NCBI GenBank assembly: GCA_011109175.1
Contig: RDEW01000023.1
Coordinates: 345,225 to 409,224 of the forward strand
Origin: Dicyema japonicum
Lineage: Eukaryota > Animalia > Dicyemida
Direction: 5' to 3'
Length of the DNA stretch: 64,000 bases
The notes beneath the pieces are model-generated. The model was not told the origin of the DNA, ran no database searches, and saw nothing but the letters and a program-made list of their open reading frames with translations. Below, in pieces: positions 11,601 to 24,479 of this stretch. A program made the position numbers and the translations under genes. The first letter of the stretch is position 1. Every line of letters starts with the position of its first letter.

Positions 11601-14019
11601 CGTAAGAAAATTAATCCAAGGCACACATTAAAAAATTAATTTTTTTCGGATACGTAAAAGTGAAAACAAAAATTGGTAATTTAATGGACAAATTTTTATT
11701 AATTTTCTAAAATAGACAAATCTTATATATGCCAACAAATGTGCAATTTCTGAATTTCATCAAGTTGTAATGAAAAACGAGTTTCCTTAATAGAAAATAA
11801 GACATTGTTTTCAATATTCTTCGACAAAGAACAATTCCAACGATAATCAGTATATCTAACAACGTATCTTCATTATTTTTTGTTCACATTTATGACCAAA
11901 CATAGTCCGATACGACAAGCAGGGATTATCAAGTTTTCGCCAATGGTATGAGGTTCCAGCTATTTTACTATCAATTCAGAAATCAGATATGAACATTTCA
12001 ATAATTCAGTTGAGCTCACAAAATTATCACTAAACAACATTTGACTGGATTTACAATACATAGTAAAAACTAATTTTTCAGACGATGAATCAGAGGATAG
12101 CAGGGTTTTGCATCCTGATTCTAGCTGTTTGTCCTTACTGACCAATAACTGGGTTATTCAGTCTCTTCTAAGTCTTTTTTGAGATCTTCGAATAACTGAG
12201 TTTCTTCAATTTCGCATTTTAGAAATTTTTCCGTCCCAAGACTATCAGAACTTGCTCAAGAATCAAAACTCTAACTGTTGTAAATATTGTTTTATTTCAC
12301 AAAAATACCTTAATTGCTTTTAAAAAGCCAAATATTTAACATTGATGTAACGGTTTTTGTTAACATTGATGTAACGATGTGATTTCTTCAAACTATAGGA
12401 AATCTCTCGTTTCTCATTTGCATGAAAGGGATGATTAGTCAGGTGGAAATTTGAGGTTTTTAAACTAATAAATGAATTAATAAATTCATTCAGCCCAGAA
12501 AAAGCACGAGAAATGTTAATATATTTCCATGAATACACGAGGAAGTTCCACAAGAACCCTCCTCCTTTAAAATTTTTTTAGCACTAAAAGTTTGCGTTTC
12601 TTTGAAATATTTTCCACTGCTCCTAACAGCTTCTTATTAAATTTTATGACGTATTTCGGTATTCACTTCTAAATGTTTTTTTGGATTCTAATTTCTAAAT
12701 ATTTTTTGGATTACAGTTGCATTTGACTCTATTTGTGTCATGAAGTATTTTAACAGTCAGAAAATCTCTTGCATTTCTTTAAAGATCCACTACATTCTTT
12801 CACCCACTCGTTCTTTAAAAGAAATAGTAAAGACTTGAAATCTTGCTCTACTTGGGATAACTACAAAAATTGAGGAAACTGATTCCGTTTTGATTTCGAA
12901 GTCATTGAAAATGAAGATTTTTTTTCGGATGGCTAGTTATGCGACCAACCATGTTTTTGAGTGTGATGAGCTTCTTGTTGTTATAAACAGATAATCCGAA
13001 CCCCACAAGACGCATGTGTACTCGACCACTGGTTTTGGGAGTTGGTTTTACCGAACAGGCACCACTTTAAAACATAATCTAGAAATCAATTAAAAAGTAT
13101 ACCAAGAAATGGAAAATGCGCTAAAGGCTCATGTATAACTAAAATTATCAAGAACATTAGAGAATTAAGTACTAATTCCTTTGTTCTCGATCAAGGCTAA
13201 CATATCCAAGTTTCTCCAACTTTAGACACAACAGACATTGGCGCATCTAATGGTTACTTATTTCAAAACTTCAAGTTTTTGATGACACATAAGTCTATTA
13301 AGAATAGAGGTTCTACTCGCCTTAAAAATATGAAAACACTAAAAGACTAAAGCTATGCTATAGTACACCAGAATTGCGTCACCAGCTCAACTTAACCACT
13401 AGGTTAATTCGTGTCACTAGAAGAATAGTTTTATCGAACTTAATAACTCAAAATAAAAAGTACACCAATAGCAAAGGTCGAATCATGATTTTTAACCATA
13501 GTTAAAGCATTATTTACGTCTAAAGTCATCAGGAACGATGATTTCTTGAAAATGCTCCAAAATTGTCATCATTCGTAGGAATACCCACTATCTCTTAGAA
13601 ATTGTATCGTAGATAACATATGACTTGTTACTCCTAAAAATTATAAGCCACAACAAATTCAGATTGAATAATTTACGCGATAAATGTTTTTTTAAACAAT
13701 CTATGTTTCTTGGCAACACTTCCGGGTTGGTGACCTAATTGAGTAATTAATTTTTCGTTAATGATTCCTATTTACAGATATATAATGACTCATCTCGATT
13801 GGCAAATTTAGCTCATAGAAAAATTAAGATTTAGGCTAATAAACTTTTGAAATCTAACTAAATCATAAATGAGGTCATCAATACAGTACTAAAGGTCAAT
13901 TAAAAGATTTTTAAAAATCTAAACAAGATACAAAAAAAATTTTGCTCTAATTTTTAAAATATTTTTTAAAATACTAATTTAATTTTTTTTAAATTCAAAA
14001 TAAAGCGATCACTTCAGAA

Positions 14020-15267
14020 ATGACTAAATATAAAATATGCTGTCTAAAATTCAGTATTTCAATTTTCAAAAAGCGAAATCATCCTCAAGTCAGAGTCCCT
14101 CCATTAATTAACGTCAAGGAGGAGTCCACATCTGATCTGAGTCGAACCTCCAAAGAGCGTAACGTCCACAAACTCAACCCTATTTCAGTTTCTGCTGATT
14201 CCGGTCTCCATTCTGCCCTCACTAGTCAAGTAGCTTTACTTAACCTACGTAGGATCCCATCAGTCCAATCTCGGAATTATGTCCTGCCCTGGTTTATTTT
14301 AGGGTCATTTAAGATAAACAAAAAATCCACATGGATCCAGGTCAGCGGTCATTCAGGTTTTCCAGTCTTTTCATCATCTAGGAAGCTTTTATAAGCCAGA
14401 TGATACTAAATATGTGTTGAAACTCTATTCGAATGACGAATTTAAGGCATACTGCCTGATTTCCAAGGAAGCTGAATTATTAGGAATTGTCCCTGAATTC
14501 TATGGGATTGAGTTATTCGATGGCAAAAGTACTTATCTAAATTAAGCCAGAATACCTGAAATTAGAAGATCTTCTTACAAAATTCACACATCCTGCCATC
14601 ATGGACTGCAAAATTGGCTGTCGAACCTACTTAGAGGAAGATTTTGACTCAAAAAAATGCAGAAAAGTAATTTTAAAAGATATTTTAGGACTTGTTCGAA
14701 AAGATGCTGGAACTCTGTCCCAATGAGCCCACTAAAGAGGAACGTGAGCGTGGTGAAATCCCGAAATCGAGATATATGAAGTTTAGAGAAAATCTAAGCT
14801 CAACCGTGACACTTGCCTTCCGAGTAGAAGCTACTAAGGTCGCATGTTTAGAAAAAAAAGTTTACCCGCGTGCCCAAAAGTTGGAAGAAGTTAAAGAAAT
14901 TATTTGTGAATTTGTCAAAAATTCTCCTGCTTTGACTGTTGGTGTGTTTGTTTAACATAGAAACGATATTTGGAGATCATCCAGAATTTGAGACACATTG
15001 TAGCCTCATCTGCCTTTTTTTCTAGCCAAGAGGCTAGCTTTTGGTTTATTCTAGATGATTGGTAGCTCGCTTTTGTTTGTACACGAGGCAGATTGCCAGA
15101 CTGGGGACTCTGCTTTAGTTAAAATGATAGACTTTGCACGGTTTAGACCTTGTTTGACTGGGAAATTGAGCCACTGTGTTTTTGGGGAGATGGGCAGTCA
15201 GGAGGAGGGATATTTAATAGGAATCGATAACATTGCAAATATTCTACAATCTATTATTTCTAAGTGA
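14020..15267 (+). CDS. IP3K: Inositol-1,4,5-trisphosphate 3-kinase (ITPKA/B/C family)
   Basis: Introns 14230-14252, 14281-14302, 14357-14381, 14529-14550, 14667-14688, 14938-14960, 15033-15054 (GC-AG) yield WIQVSGHSG, LEDLL..PAIMDCKIGCRTYLE, RYMKFRENLSST, MIGSSLLFVH, MIDFA, EEGYLIG; start codon uncertain. Confidence 0.9.
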
Positions 15268-15630
15268 ATTTGTTCTGTTATTTTATTTTCGTGGAGTTTG
15301 ATGTCTTTTTTGACTATTAGTGGTTAAGCGCCTTTTGTTTTAGCTGTCAATTTATATAAATGTAGTTACTGGTTTATTTCTAATAAAAACACAATTTAAT
15401 GAATAATTTGACTTGCATTAATCTATTTTCTCAAATAATGCAGATCAGCTTCTGTCTTTTCTCCTAAATGTTTTGAGGAGTTATAGATGTCTAGGTTTAC
15501 TGGAAGACACAGAATAATTTAATATTCAAATTAGGTTCTTGGTTAGTTGATGGGTTCAATTGATATTTCATTACGTTATACAAAATTGGTAAGGTTGAGT
15601 TTTTCTAAGATATAAAAGCGTAGAAAATGA

Positions 15631-16093
15631 ATTATTATTATTAATCACAGGCTTCGGTAAGCTCAGCACAAACATTCGTAACTAATCAATCCAAGGAAGG
15701 AACCAAAGGAAGAACATCTGCTTGTGTCGACCAAATCTATCTTCCAATAGTACACTACAGAATTCCGCTTCCGAAGAGAAGTGAGGTAGTAGGTTCGCCC
15801 TCTTCCATCTACATCACACATCCTACCGTCGAGGACATCACTTTATTCTTCGGTAGAAGAGTATTCACAATGCAATCTTCACATGTAATCTTTATTTGGT
15901 CAGGGAGAAGTATGATGAACCCTTTCAACTACTGTATCTTGCCAGAAAGATTAGTCGCTTCACGGGTGAGATCTGTTTGACAAGAATTGACCTTCTCTAA
16001 AAACTCCATTTTTTGGCTTCTAACCCACGACCTTCAGATACGATGTCATCAGACGTTTACGTTCAGCCAGAAGGCCGAAAAAATGAATGACGC
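15631..16093 (-). mobile_element. Second non-coding SINE-like element (~460 bp) with Vingi-like termini
   Basis: 5' GCGTCAT start with long-range pairings; 3' CGAAGCCTGTGATTAATAATAATAA resembles the LINE end CGAAGCCGGGGTTAATAA; single copy, no TSD found. Confidence 0.5.
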
Positions 16094-16228
16094 TAATAAG
16101 TTAGAATATTATTGTTTTTAACTAAATATATTTTGTATAATTAAAAATAAATTAAAATAAATATTTAAAACATTACAAAATAAAATAAATAAAACCTTAC
16201 AATAGTCTGTGTAGACTTAATTTAGCTT

Positions 16229-16296
16229 GCGTCATGTGATTCACCGTTTGTGGTGACGTCGGATATAGTCCTAGACTATATCTAAAAAGAACCATA
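16229..16296 (+). ncRNA. HDV-like pseudoknot, best ribozyme candidate
   Basis: P1 GCGTC/GACGT; P2 TGTGATTC/GAACCATA (1 mismatch); P3 ACC/GGT; P4 ATATAGTC/GACTATAT; J4/2 CTAAAAA with a C75-like cytosine. Confidence 0.6.
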
Positions 16297-18560
16297 TATT
16301 CTTCACCAACCAGAGGACTTCCCATTGGATAGCATTCTCTCAATGTTGGAACATTCTATCGATTGAGACTGTTAACCTCAGGAGACGTGGAACAAAATCC
16401 AGGCCCAAAGAAGTTAACAATCCAGAGCGTAAACATAAACGAGATCAGAGGAAAGATTGCCGAACTTTCCTTATTATTGGAGAGGAACAGTGTAGATGTC
16501 TGCCTTCTCCAAGAAATGAATCTTTCAAATAACATTCTTATTCCTTTCTTTAATAGATACAACACAAATGGATCCGACAGTCCATCTGCCCAAGGAGGGG
16601 GTCTACTACTCTTGATAGAAAAGGAATAAAATACCTTGAGAACCCTTCTCCTTACAAGAGCCTAATGAAAGACTCGAACATGGAGCTAATTGGAATTTCT
16701 GTTATAACTTACATTGGAAAACGGAAATTGCGAATGTTTATGTTCATTTTCCGGGATCTTGCAAGAAAAATTTCTGCTTTGACCTATTGACCTTGGACAA
16801 ACTGGAGACTTGCTTTTTTGTGGAGACCTGACTGAATACGAAGCATCCTTCTTGGTTCCGCTACCAGGCCGCTGATAACAGAGGAAACCTGCTATCATCC
16901 CAAATGCAAAACTTAATAATCATCAACAATCCGATAAAGAACACTAGGACACCATACAAAACGAATGACATGGTCACATCTCTGGACTTATCAATCTGCT
17001 CGTCTCGTCTTTTCCCGATCATTAATTGGACGGTCCGTTATGATCTCCAGTGACCACCATTTAATGATAATGAAGCTGAACTGCGAGCCACGTTTTGTAC
17101 CGAAGCCTATCAATAAATTTATGAAACATTGTATCCGATTCAGTCACATACTTTATAAAAAGATTAACACAAAACCGAAATTAAAGAGAAAGTTTTCCAA
17201 AATGGCCCCGCTTACTTATTTTTTTCCTAAAAATGTATCCAAAGCAATTTCAAATCAGAAAAAAGCAAACTCATGTGGCCCAGACGGAATTCTTCTAATT
17301 ATGCTAAAACACTTTGGCCCAGCATCAATAAATGATTGACGATTATCTACAACACATCACTAAACATAAATACCATGCTAACTTTATGGAAACTATCAAA
17401 AATTCGTCCAATGTTGAAACCGGGAAGACCGAAGAACGATCCCGGCTCTTACAGACCAGTCTCCCTTATATATGTTTTGTCGAGAATCCTGGAGAAACTG
17501 ATTTTAAAACTTATTCGCCCTTCTCTCCCACAACCTACATTATAACATGGCTTCAAGGAATGATTATCAACAACCTCCTTCCTAGCAACACTAATGAAGT
17601 TCATAACTGAAGGACACAAGAACAAGCAAAAACAGGAAAAATCGGTCATATGTACAATCTACATTCAAAAAGTATTCGACTCTGTCCCACTAAAAATTCT
17701 CATACAAAATTATTTTTGACAAAAATTGCTGCACCGCTAAAGTTATAGATAGCAAATTTTTTAAGTGGACGCCGAGAGGAAGTGTGTGTTGGAAACAAGA
17801 GTTCCAGATCGAGATTGTTACCCAATGGTGTACCCCAAGTATCTTTTTTTCTCCAATCATCTTTAATTTGTTTCTGAATGATCCATCCCTTTTTATGAAT
17901 AATAATGACATGCTATTTTCCTATGCCAATGACATAATTGTCACATTTAGGGACGTAAATGTCGAACATGCTAAGGAAAAACTACAAGAAATACTAAATA
18001 ATATATATTGATAGTTGTGCGAAAATCGATTAAATGCATGTTCTGGAAAGTCAGCAGTCACTCTATTCATAAGAAAAGAATATGGGAACGCAAACAATTG
18101 GTGTCACGTTAAATAAAGTGCCTTTACCACAAAAGAAATCGCAGAAGATATTGGGAGTAACTTTTGATACTTTCCTTTGCTTCTTAGCTCATGTGGATTC
18201 CATGTGTAAAGAGGATCAATTTTGTAAAAGCTTTCCTTTGAAACTGTGGAGGAATTTATTTGCCAGGTATCGGGACCCTCTACAGGCAGTATATCGAGCC
18301 GACAGTAGGCTATGCATGTGCTGCGTGAGGATCTAACCTGGCGGCAACGAACCTAATTAAAATTCAAAAGATCCAGTCAAGAGCTATAAAGTTACTGGAA
18401 AAATGTACAGATAAAAAAATTGCCCCCAGAACACTCGAGTCTATCATAGAGGCAACTGAAGACAATTTTAGAAGAGGAGGTGAAAAAGACCCCCGTCCGT
18501 ATAGAAAATGTCTGAGGTCACTGTCGGAGCATCGAGAAAAGATGGTTCAATTAGTAAATT
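16229..18560 (+). mobile_element. Decayed, internally deleted Vingi-like LINE with 5' pseudoknot and 2A
   Basis: Pseudoknot 16229-16296; LLTSGDVEQNPGP (motif 16384-16407); APE and RT fragments; 16450-17105 near-identical to 48757-49410. Confidence 0.85.
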
Positions 18561-18597
18561 AAAATGTCTGAATTAAAAAACTATTCTAGTTTGAACT

Positions 18598-18913
18598 TTA
18601 ATAATAATAATAAAGCTTTTTCACGAGAGTCATAGTATTTATAGCTCCGCATAGGCAGGACAGACACTTTATTTAAGTAAAGAACAGTTAATTTTAACTA
18701 ATCGTAGAACCAAGGAATGATCTTCACTTTTTTTTTCTTTTTCTTGTGTGAGTGTCCTTTCTAGACAATCCAGTTCCGCAGTGAGTATCCACTGATGACG
18801 GCGTCACTCGTCAAACCCTTTCTGCATCGTAGATGCGTAGAACCTTCCACCAGATTCGAACCCGTAGCCTAAGCCACTTAAGCCCGACACCTAGCCATTA
18901 TGCCACCCGGCAA
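18598..18913 (-). mobile_element. Full-length tRNA-derived SINE (~316 bp)
   Basis: Head with A box TGGCATAATGG and B box GGTTCGAATC; (TTA)n tail; 10-bp TSD AGTTTGAACT at 18588-18597 and 18914-18923; three truncated copies elsewhere in window. Confidence 0.9.
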
Positions 18914-19399
18914 AGTTTGAACTCTCCGTCTATAAATTCATATGAATATTATTTAATATGTCGACCCTAATGCATTTAATAATTGAAAGCTGTAGTTAAT
19001 TGGAGAGAACAGATCAGATTATCCATTTTATCTTGAAAATTAAATATTTGAAAAAAATATTATAAATCGGTCAAATAATTCATTCTGGGGTTTGGTGAGC
19101 TAAAGATATACATCGTTTCGAAAACGTCGAAAATTGAAGTTTTTAAATGAGGATGCTAGGCCCAGAATTTAATAAACTCGGACAAGGATTACCTATCGAA
19201 AGCTAAATGTATAGGAAGATAGTTATTTAGATATTTGTCGCCTCATGAACAAGGTTAAGATCGTGGCTTATCTATATTTGAAGAAATTTGTGTCCGATTT
19301 AACCACATGTTGGTATTCAGACTCATCTTGGTGAGGACTCGACGACTTCCAGCTTATTCTGTGCCGATAGTGAATATTTTTGTATATTTTAAAATTATT

Positions 19400-20370
19400 T
19401 AAAATGAATAAATTACACGTTTTACAATAGCAAAATCGAAAACGCCTATCATTTTTTCAAAAGAAGGAAATCATAGAATTTTTTCATAAACATGGACATT
19501 ACACACAGTGTGATTTATCTCTTTATTTCAATGTTTCTCTGGGCTGCATAGACAAAATTTTGAACAATTCTGAAGGAATACTTAGTATTCAAGATGACCA
19601 AAAAAGAAGAAAATGTACTTGCCCAAGTCTTAACCATTCGACGGAGATTTATTTGAATAGGTCGTTAAAAAAGCGATAATTTGTATTTGCAATCAACGAC
19701 ATCTTTTAAAGTCCATATCTCTAAAAATGGCGAAAGTTTGTAATATTCAAAGATTTCAAGCATCAAATGGATGGCTTGAGAAATTTAAAAATCGATATTG
19801 CATTGCTCCCCGTGCTTTATGTTGGGAAAATGGATTTGTTGAAACCTCAGTGATTGAGAACTTTACAGTAAGTTTCAATAGAAAATCGAAACAATATTCT
19901 TCAAATAATATTTTTAATTTGGACGAAATTGGATTGTTTTTTAAACTTTTGGGGAACAGAACATTAGCTGATGATGCCAATGTAGATCACGAAAAAGTTA
20001 CGGAAAAGTTGAAGAAATTCACTCTATTGAATTGCCTGATAATCATAAATCAAGCTTGGTTTGAAATATCAAAATTGACAATTAGAAATTGTTTTAAGAA
20101 AGCTTTTGAAAATGCGTTAAAACCTGACAAAAATAAAAGAAAAAGATGATGAAAATTTTATGATTCATGAAAATAATCAAATTGATGATAAAATCTTCAT
20201 CCATAATTTTTCGAGAAAACTAAAACAGCATGACGAAATTGACGAGGAAGAGAAAAATGAAAAATTAATGATCCGACACTATATGAAGTTAATGAATATA
20301 CAGGTTTCTTGAGAATGATTATGAAAGAAGAGAAAAAGTTTACGAAATACAAAAAATTTTAAGAAATTAT
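19400..20370 (+). mobile_element. pogo/Tigger transposase remnant (internally deleted)
   Basis: FQASNGWLEKFKNRY, NIFNLDEIGLFFK, AWFEISKLTIRNCFKKA. Confidence 0.8.
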
Positions 20371-20419
20371 CATACTAATCATTCACAAAAATATCCGATT
20401 ACATAAAAAAGCATATAAT

Positions 20420-21050
20420 TTATCTTTGCCAGGGGAGGGCCAAATGTATTTCCATGTCGTAGATGATGTACATTTTGAGATGTTCACCATGTTTTGAACC
20501 TTGGAATGCACTATTGTCAGCTGATGGGACTCTGAGACGATCGGCGGAGTCAATACTGAATGTCAATTTCGATGATCTGGGCTGGACTATGTGCAAACAA
20601 CCTGCGAGAAATGGGGTTGAGTGCTTATTTCATCTCAACAGCCGAGTTATGCAAAGCCAGAGAATCTAAATGTCATGTGTCTCGACATATCAAAGACAGT
20701 GTTAACCACAAAGCCATAATCGGTCAGTTATCTTGGACGGAAAGCCCAATGGAACTAGTGAATTGGGTGAAAGTGTACCTAGAAGGAAGAAAATTCTATG
20801 TTAGATGCGGACGCTATTTTTTAAATATGATATTATTGAAGAGAGGAGTCCCACAAGGATCAATTTTGAGCCCTCTATTGTTTAATGTTCTAATGGCCGG
20901 TTTCCCGTCACCGTCTACACCAAGTACGAGATCTCTGATATACGCAGACTACGTGCTACTGTCTGATGTGTCGAGATCGAGCATGATCTCAGAGAGGAGA
21001 CTCAATGTGTACATGGAAGAAATAAAACTTTTTGGATTTTCCTGAACATC
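20420..21050 (+). pseudogene. Fused retroelement fragments (CRE-like RT piece + APE-LINE RT piece)
   Basis: MYILRCSPCF matches the CRE copy near 27090; then GVPQGSILSPLLFN...YADY. Confidence 0.6.
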
Positions 21051-21099
21051 TGATTCACGACTGTGTGGAATCCAGGAATTCCACGATATCTTTGGAATG

Positions 21100-21770
21100 G
21101 ACTAACGCCTAGAAAATAAAAAAAATGCAATTTACATTTGGATAATGAGCTCTCTTATTGTACAAAAACACAGTCTTTCGAATGTGTTTTATCTACTCTT
21201 TTTTTATCATCCGAATCCATCAATTTGGATAAAATCCTTGTGATCGTCTGATTAAATCGTTCAACTATTCCCTGACTCTGATGATTGTTCGGCCTTCCAT
21301 CAATTTGAGTAATTTTGAATTTTTCACATAAATTAGAAATGTGAAGATTTTTGAATTCTGTCCCGTTATCAGACTGTAAATATCTGCACGGGCAATAATC
21401 CATGAAAATGTCGTTTAATTTTTCAGCGACTTCAATTCCACTTTTATTTCTAAGATTCCTTGTGATGGCATATCTCGAATAGACGTCAATGACAGTAAAT
21501 AACCAAGAAAAATGATCATTATCATTTACAAACCTTGGAAATAACGTAATTTATACCTTTTAGGTCAATCAGATCAACCTGAAATCTCTCATTCGTTACA
21601 TCCGCAAAACTATGACTTACGCCGTCATATTGTTTCAGCGGCACGGCAGACTGGTATATATCGCAGTCTCTTACCACCTGACGAATGACATCTCTTTTAA
21701 CAAAAACAGAATAGTTTTCCACACAATTCTTCCAATGCATTGTGTCCACAATGGTTAGCGTCATTTGTCA
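21100..21770 (-). mobile_element. Ginger/GIN-type integrase remnant
   Basis: ERFQVDLIDL, LQSDNGTEF, QSQGIVERFNQTI. Confidence 0.75.
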
Positions 21771-22563
21771 AGAGAGCCCTAATACGGGAGGACATAAAGC
21801 AGAAATCACTCTTGTGTGATATGGGTCCTAGACAGATAATGAATAATTCTCTGCTTGGACAAAATTTGACTACTATTGCTTTGACAGGGACTCATTTCTC
21901 CCTGGAACGACTAATTAATAGAACAAGAAAAAGTATCCCACACGAAAGTGATGATTCAGTTTTTAATATTAAGGAGAATTTAATGTATATTTTAGGTGGT
22001 TTCCTCCTTCCAGAACAATGTGGCTTCAGACCTGGAAAATCCTGCACGGAAGAAGGCGCTTCAAGCGCTTTTATGTACAAGCAAGTTGTTCGTAAGCTTG
22101 GAGACCTTTTGTTTATCTTCATGGGAATCATTCTTCCAGAGTTTCTATATGGATGTTTTTCTCTCGCCAAAAAGAAAGAATTATGTTACTTATGGAAAAA
22201 ACGAGAAGGTCAGCAATAAGGTTGGCTTTGAGGAAAAAGCTATTTGATGTTCTCAATACGGAAAAAGACAAGATTCTTGCATCGGTCAAATATATTGTAG
22301 ATAAAAGGATCGATGGGATCCGACGATATGACGAGATTAAATGGAGAAGGGGTGCTTGAAAACTGTAATTTTGTAAATAGCACAGTTGATTTCTTCCGAT
22401 TCAGTAATTTTTGAAGTAACATTATGTTGCGAGCGCTGAGAGTGATGACAGGTGACAGGTGTCAACATCTGTCATGCTAATCGAAAATTAATCAATACTT
22501 AAGTTTTGGAATAATTTGTGAATTTTTATTATTATTACAGCACTTATCGCCTTGCCATAATAG

Positions 22564-24318
22564 TTATAGCAAAGCATGTGCAATACAAGAAACAATGTTA
22601 TTAGTTAGCCTCTTCCATCCTCCACGGTTACACGCAGTCGATCTCAGCATGTCCAGATCGTCTCCCGTCTTTAGGCATTTCTTCATCCTTTGGAGGTCTT
22701 TGTGCAGCATGATAGGTAGGGTCATCCTTGGTCTGCCACGGAAGCATTTGCCCTCGAACATGAAATGGTCCTCCATCGCCACATTAGCCGGGGCAGCAAG
22801 ATCCATGCGTAGTACGTGACCAAACAGTCTCCACCGGGCGTCAGTGATTTCCAGGCTTAGAGGCCTACTCTTGCATTTTTTGTAAATACCGGTATTCGAG
22901 ATTCTGGCTGGCCACTGCATGCCAAATAATACTCTAAGCTGTTTTCTGTGGAACCCATCGAGAGCCATTGATTCCGCACCTGTACAGGCCCAAGTACCAG
23001 CATTGTATGTCAGTATCGGTTTCACAAATGCATTGTACATGCGTATCCGCAGATTGACATCTAGTCCTTTCAGCCATCCCTTTTTGAGTTTTCGCATTGC
23101 TACTCCTGCAAGTGTTTTCCTTTTGATGATGTCTTCTGTGTCCCCCAGTAGGGATCCAAGCTTATTAACATGTCGCCAACGTTCATTAAGGATGTTGTCC
23201 ATTCTTTTGATTTCCGTGATTTCCGTTTTGGCCCGGTTAACGATGAGGAACCATTCCCCCAGTTTGTCCGGTGCATTTTCCAGCAGATGTGTGAGAGCTT
23301 CTGTATCCTCGGATATAAAATCCACATCATCCGCGTATACGACTTCGTTTATTTTTCCTTCATAGCAAGTTCTTAGATCCTTTAGTGCAGCTTCGAGATA
23401 TATCACAAATAGTAAGGGGGAGAGGGAGTCTCCCTGAGGAGTGCCGATTGTAGTTTTGAATGGTCGGGATAGAGTTCTCCCAATTCGGACTGACAGTTCA
23501 GTACTTGAGAGAAGTACTCTGATTATCCGTAGCAATGATTGGTCCACAAATTGATGAAGGACAACCATTAGCTTGTGTCGGCTAATGGTGTCGAAAGCTC
23601 TTGACATATCGATCCCCAGGATGGTCGTGGCATTTTTGTATCTTTGAGCCGTTGCACACCGCCACCTGTGGCTCCACAGAATGTCCGCTGTCGACCTTCC
23701 TTCACGAAATCCACTATGGCATGCTGATAGGTAATTTCCTGCAGGATGTTTTAAGCGGTCCAAAGCAACAGATGCAAGAACTTTTCGTAATGTGTTTAAC
23801 AATATGACTGGGCGTAGGCTTTCTAGTGGTCCCTTTGGTTTGTTAGGCTTTTGTATAGGTATCAATGTCCCTTTCCCCAGTGGTAGGACAGAGTTGGATG
23901 TAAACATTCCATTTAACAATGTCGCAATGGTTTCGAATAGACGCATAGGTCCATATTTCAGCAGTTCGGGAGGGATGTTGTCTGGTCCAGCGCTCCTGTG
24001 ATTCTTTAGCTTACTGCACGCACTCTGAACTTCCTTAGATGTGATAATTGTTTCCAGCATCCGCGGTTCTCCGATGAAAGGGGCCAGTTCTTGGCCGTTC
24101 GCATTGAACAGTTTTTCAAAATGGGCAGCAATCAATTCGATCTGTTCGTCTGGTTTTAAGATAAGTTTCCCCTTCCCATCCATAACATGTACTGTCGCTT
24201 TTTTATTTCCTCGCATTAGTCGGACTGCAGCGAACATTTGTGTATTGTCCTTTAGTTGCTCCAGCTCTCTAAGATGTGATAGGAAGACATCCTTCGAGTG
24301 TTCATTATTAAGCTTCAT
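22564..24318 (-). CDS. Reverse transcriptase ORF of a 5'-truncated RTE-clade LINE (element ~22525-24400)
   Basis: 584-aa open frame: SAGPD, LRPVILL, SGFREGRST, DMSRAFD, GTPQGDSLSP, YADD, LFGHVLRM, RGRPR; (TAA)n tail at ~22525-22537. Confidence 0.9.
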   Translation of the reverse strand: MKLNNEHSKDVFLSHLRELEQLKDNTQMFAAVRLMRGNKKATVHVMDGKGKLILKPDEQIELIAAHFEKLFNANGQELAPFIGEPRMLETIITSKEVQSACSKLKNHRSAGPDNIPPELLKYGPMRLFETIATLLNGMFTSNSVLPLGKGTLIPIQKPNKPKGPLESLRPVILLNTLRKVLASVALDRLKHPAGNYLSACHSGFREGRSTADILWSHRWRCATAQRYKNATTILGIDMSRAFDTISRHKLMVVLHQFVDQSLLRIIRVLLSSTELSVRIGRTLSRPFKTTIGTPQGDSLSPLLFVIYLEAALKDLRTCYEGKINEVVYADDVDFISEDTEALTHLLENAPDKLGEWFLIVNRAKTEITEIKRMDNILNERWRHVNKLGSLLGDTEDIIKRKTLAGVAMRKLKKGWLKGLDVNLRIRMYNAFVKPILTYNAGTWACTGAESMALDGFHRKQLRVLFGMQWPARISNTGIYKKCKSRPLSLEITDARWRLFGHVLRMDLAAPANVAMEDHFMFEGKCFRGRPRMTLPIMLHKDLQRMKKCLKTGDDLDMLRSTACNRGGWKRLTNNIVSCIAHALL

Positions 24319-24479
24319 GATTCTTCTCTTGATAATATTTCGTTCAGTTCGTAGTTTGTTTTTGATATGTACAAATAATGCTTTTGGTCTGATCCCATAG
24401 GTCTTGTATAGTCATATTAGCTGGTAATGTATATAGGTGGTTCTCTGGAGTGCGGAAAAAAAGTCAAGTTGTCTTTTTT

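Noticed and set aside
11700-13800. Multi-exon host gene or Gypsy/Ginger remnant
   Set aside because: No consistent spliced frame could be built on either strand; only faint RNase H/integrase-like words
18781-18820. CTGATGA hammerhead-like core
   Set aside because: No GAAA core partner or stems I/III, and it is antisense to the SINE transcript
18843-18913. tRNA gene
   Set aside because: A/B boxes are present but there is no acceptor stem or proper cloverleaf; it is the head of a SINE bounded by TSDs
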